64,000 bases of DNA from contig CM082586.2 in assembly GCA_040954595.2 (NCBI GenBank), positions 11,501,337-11,565,336 of the forward strand. Direction: 5' to 3'. The position numbers and the translations under genes were made by a program. The DNA is from Balanoglossus misakiensis (Eukaryota > Animalia > Hemichordata). The notes under the pieces were generated by a model. The model did no database searches. It worked only from the letters and a program-made list of their open reading frames with translations, and was not told where the DNA came from. Each line of letters starts with the position of its first letter. Positions within the stretch are counted from its first letter, which is position 1. Below, one piece after another: positions 61,101-64,000 of the stretch.

Positions 61101-64000
61101 CGGAGAAGGACATCCCAAAGACAGCGTTTGCCACCCCATTCGGTTTCTACGAATTTGTTGTAATGCCCTTCGGACTCATGAACGCCGGAGCTACATGTCA
61201 ACGCGTCGTGGAACAATGTATAGGAGATTACAACATGAGGATTTGCATGGTCTACATGGATGATGTGATTATCTTTTCTGAAACATTCGAGGAACATGTG
61301 GACCGAGTTGACAAGGTTCTCAAGCGACTACGAGAATGTGACTTGAAGATAAAACATACCAAGTGTCAGCTTTTTCACGAAAAGATAAAGTACTTGGGAC
61401 ATGTAGTGTCGTCAAATGGAGTTGAGACCGACCCCGACAAGACGGAGGCATTGAGGACATGGCCAGTACCCACCAACGTGAAAGAGCTGAGGACATTCTT
61501 AGGATTTACGGGGTATTACCGTTGATTCGTACAGGGATACTCATCGATTGCCCGACCATTGCACGCTTTGACCGTAGGTTACCCAACGAAGAGGAAAAAT
61601 GGGGGAGAAAGGAAACGACCACCCCCATACCAGTGGACAGATGCGTGCCAGGAAGCCTTCGAGCTGATCATTGACAAGCTGACTTCAGCTCCGGTTTTGG
61701 CCTACGCCGACTATACGCGACCGTTTGAGCTTCACACAGACGCGAGCTTGACAGGACTAGGAGCTGCCTTATACCAGTCAATCGAAGAGGCAGATGGACG
61801 AGAAAGACTGCGACCAGTTGCGTATGCCAGCCGGAGCCTCACTGCCAGTGAGAAGAACTACCCGGCCCACAAGCTGGAATTTCTGGCTTTGAAATGGTCT
61901 GTTACGGAAAAGTTTCGTGATTACTTCTTTGGCAATGATGTCACGGTATTGACCGACAATAATCCACTGACATACGTAGCAAGTACAGCGAAACTTGATG
62001 CGACAGGACAGAGGTGGTGGAATGCTTTATCTCAGTATAAATTGAAGATTCACTACCGACCCGGCCTAAGGAATGGTGATGCGGACGGGCTCTCGCGACG
62101 ACCTGATGGCAGGGCTCAAGGATTTGATGAGTCTGAGAGACGTTTCCAGGAAACTGTAGCGATGACTCCTGATGAGGTGCAGGCAGTGGGGGAGCCATGT
62201 TTGTCTGATGGAGATGAAGATACACCATGGATTGAAGCCTTAGCTGCCTCAGCACGAGCGATACCAAAGGACATGGATGAACCGCCGGGGATGCCAGGAG
62301 AAGCAACATTACCTACGATTGCGATGGACCAATGGGCGAAGTTACAGGACAGGGATGTGACCGTACGGCGCATACGAGCCTTGGTTCACGCGAAGACTGG
62401 GGGTAAAGGTAAACTGACAAGGACACAGCGAGCACAGGAACCGCGAGAAGTCAGAATGGCACTGAGAGATTGGAGTAAATTCTGTTTCCGTGATGATGTT
62501 TTGTATAGAGCGAGGACATCATCTAGTGGAGAGGTCTACTACCAATTGGTGCTACCACACGAGTTTCGCCAGGAGGCAATGAAAGGGGTGCACGACGACT
62601 GTGGACACCTGGGACAGGATCGAGCGATTGATTTATTGAGGGCTAGGTTTTATTGGCCTCTTATGTCAGCTGATATGAAGAAATACATTCGTACATGCAG
62701 GAGATGTACTCGAAGGAAGGACGAGGCGGGATTAAAGACACGTGCTCCGATGGTGAGTATTGAAACTTCACAGCCCCTCGAACTTCTATGCATGGATTTC
62801 TTGAGCCTTGAAGAGAGTAAAGGAGGGACCAAAGACCTGTTGGTAATTACTGATCACTTCTCGAAGTTTGCTGTAGCCATACCTACACCGAACCAGACCG
62901 CGAAAACGACAGCCAAGAACCTATGGGAACACTTCATGCTACCATATGGATGTCCGGAACGAATCCTGTCTGATCGTGGTCGGAATTTTGAGTCGCGAGT
63001 GATACAGGAATTGTGCCAGTTACTAGACATCAAAAAGTCACGTACCACGCCATACCATCCCCAAGGAAACGCTCAGACTGAAAGATTCAACTGTACTCTC
63101 CTTAATATGTTGGGTACGCTCGAGAACGAGCAGAAGGCTAGATGGAAGGATTATGTGAAGCCGTTGGTACATGCGTACAACTGCACTGTTCATGACACGA
63201 CGGGTTTTACACCTTACCAATTGTTGTTCGGAAGACATGCGAAGATAGCACTGGATGTGCGATTCGGAACGTCACCAGAAAGCAGGGATCCTACGACGCC
63301 GACAAAGTATATCGCCGACTTGAGATCCAGGATGGACAAAGTATTTTAGATTGCGAAACGAGCTGCAGAGAAGTCAGCCCAAGAGAGTAAAGAGCGCTAT
63401 GACCAGAAAGTTAGAGAGGTGGTGCTTAAAGAAGGTGATCGAGTGTTACGCAGGAACGTGAGTATACGAGGTCAACACAAGATCGCCGATCGGTGGGAGG
63501 AAAGTCCATATGTTGTGGTGAGAAGGCTGAGTCCTGATTTGCCAGTATATGTTATACGTTCAACGAAAACCTCGAAGACACAGACGGTCCACAGGAATTT
63601 GCTGAAACCTTGCTGTGATCGACCGCTGTTGAGTTATACAGAAGACGAAATGAGTGAACGCTCTCAGGATAGGGCCATTCCTGAGAGTACGGAGTCGGAA
63701 CGAAGTTCATCCTCACAGAGTGAACGAGGCTATGTGCTCAATCCTGAATCGCGACCCTTTAGGCCTGGGAGAGTTAGACCTGTGCGCTTAGAAGGTACAA
63801 CTGAAGTTACCCTTAATTCTATGGACAGAAGCGACAACGATGCATGTGTGAGCGTGGAACAAGATTCTCCTGAACCGAGCATGATGGATATGAGCGATTC
63901 TTCAGGGCAGGTGCAAAGCCCTGATGATCCTGTAACAGGCTTGCGTGCAGATAGTATGGACGTATCGTCTGCTGGGAAGTCCGATGGAATTGCTGACAGA
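58163..64000 (+). pseudogene. Gypsy B copy 2 Gag-Pol with two nonsense mutations; cut by the window end
   Basis: Near-identical to copy 1; AGA to TGA at 61523 and CAG to TAG at 63347; retains the TTPYHPQGNAQ integrase segment deleted in copy 1. Confidence 0.93.

Larger units (their letters stand above)
39944..64000 (+). mobile_element. Tandem Ty3/Gypsy element B: LTR-internal-LTR-internal (runs off the window)
   Basis: LTR1 39944-41319; internal 41320-48404; shared LTR 48405-57845 (interrupted by C); then a second PBS and a near-identical internal region 57846-64000. Confidence 0.95.

Overview
Eukaryotic, probably invertebrate, repeat-only window; I recognise no host gene, rRNA or tRNA gene. 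Positions 1-983 are the end of a putative Academ-like DNA transposon with 376-bp internal repeats. Positions 984-39943 are a ~1.7-3 kb (typically ~2 kb) macrosatellite array. Each unit has three degenerate ~330-bp AT-rich subrepeats, a poly-C tract, a conserved ~200-bp core and a variable number of 81-bp GC-rich subrepeats. Four LTR retrotransposon families are inserted. (i) An internally deleted Bel/Pao element (18622-22712, TSD TCAGC). (ii) A minus-strand Ty3/Gypsy element 'A' (27290-35058, TSD ATAT). (iii) A tandem LTR-internal-LTR-internal Ty3/Gypsy element 'B' (39944 to beyond 64000) whose two copies share one LTR. (iv) A very young Ty3/Gypsy element 'C' nested in that shared LTR (49340-57399, TSD ATTG). 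Every copy has at least one inactivating lesion. Best leads: a satellite core with U1-snRNA-like motifs and G-U hairpins, an RRM at the N-terminus of a PNMA-like Gag, PAM2-like and R-rich/PP motifs in the integrase tails, and distinctive LTR promoters. Coordinates and alignments were read by eye; no database searches were run.
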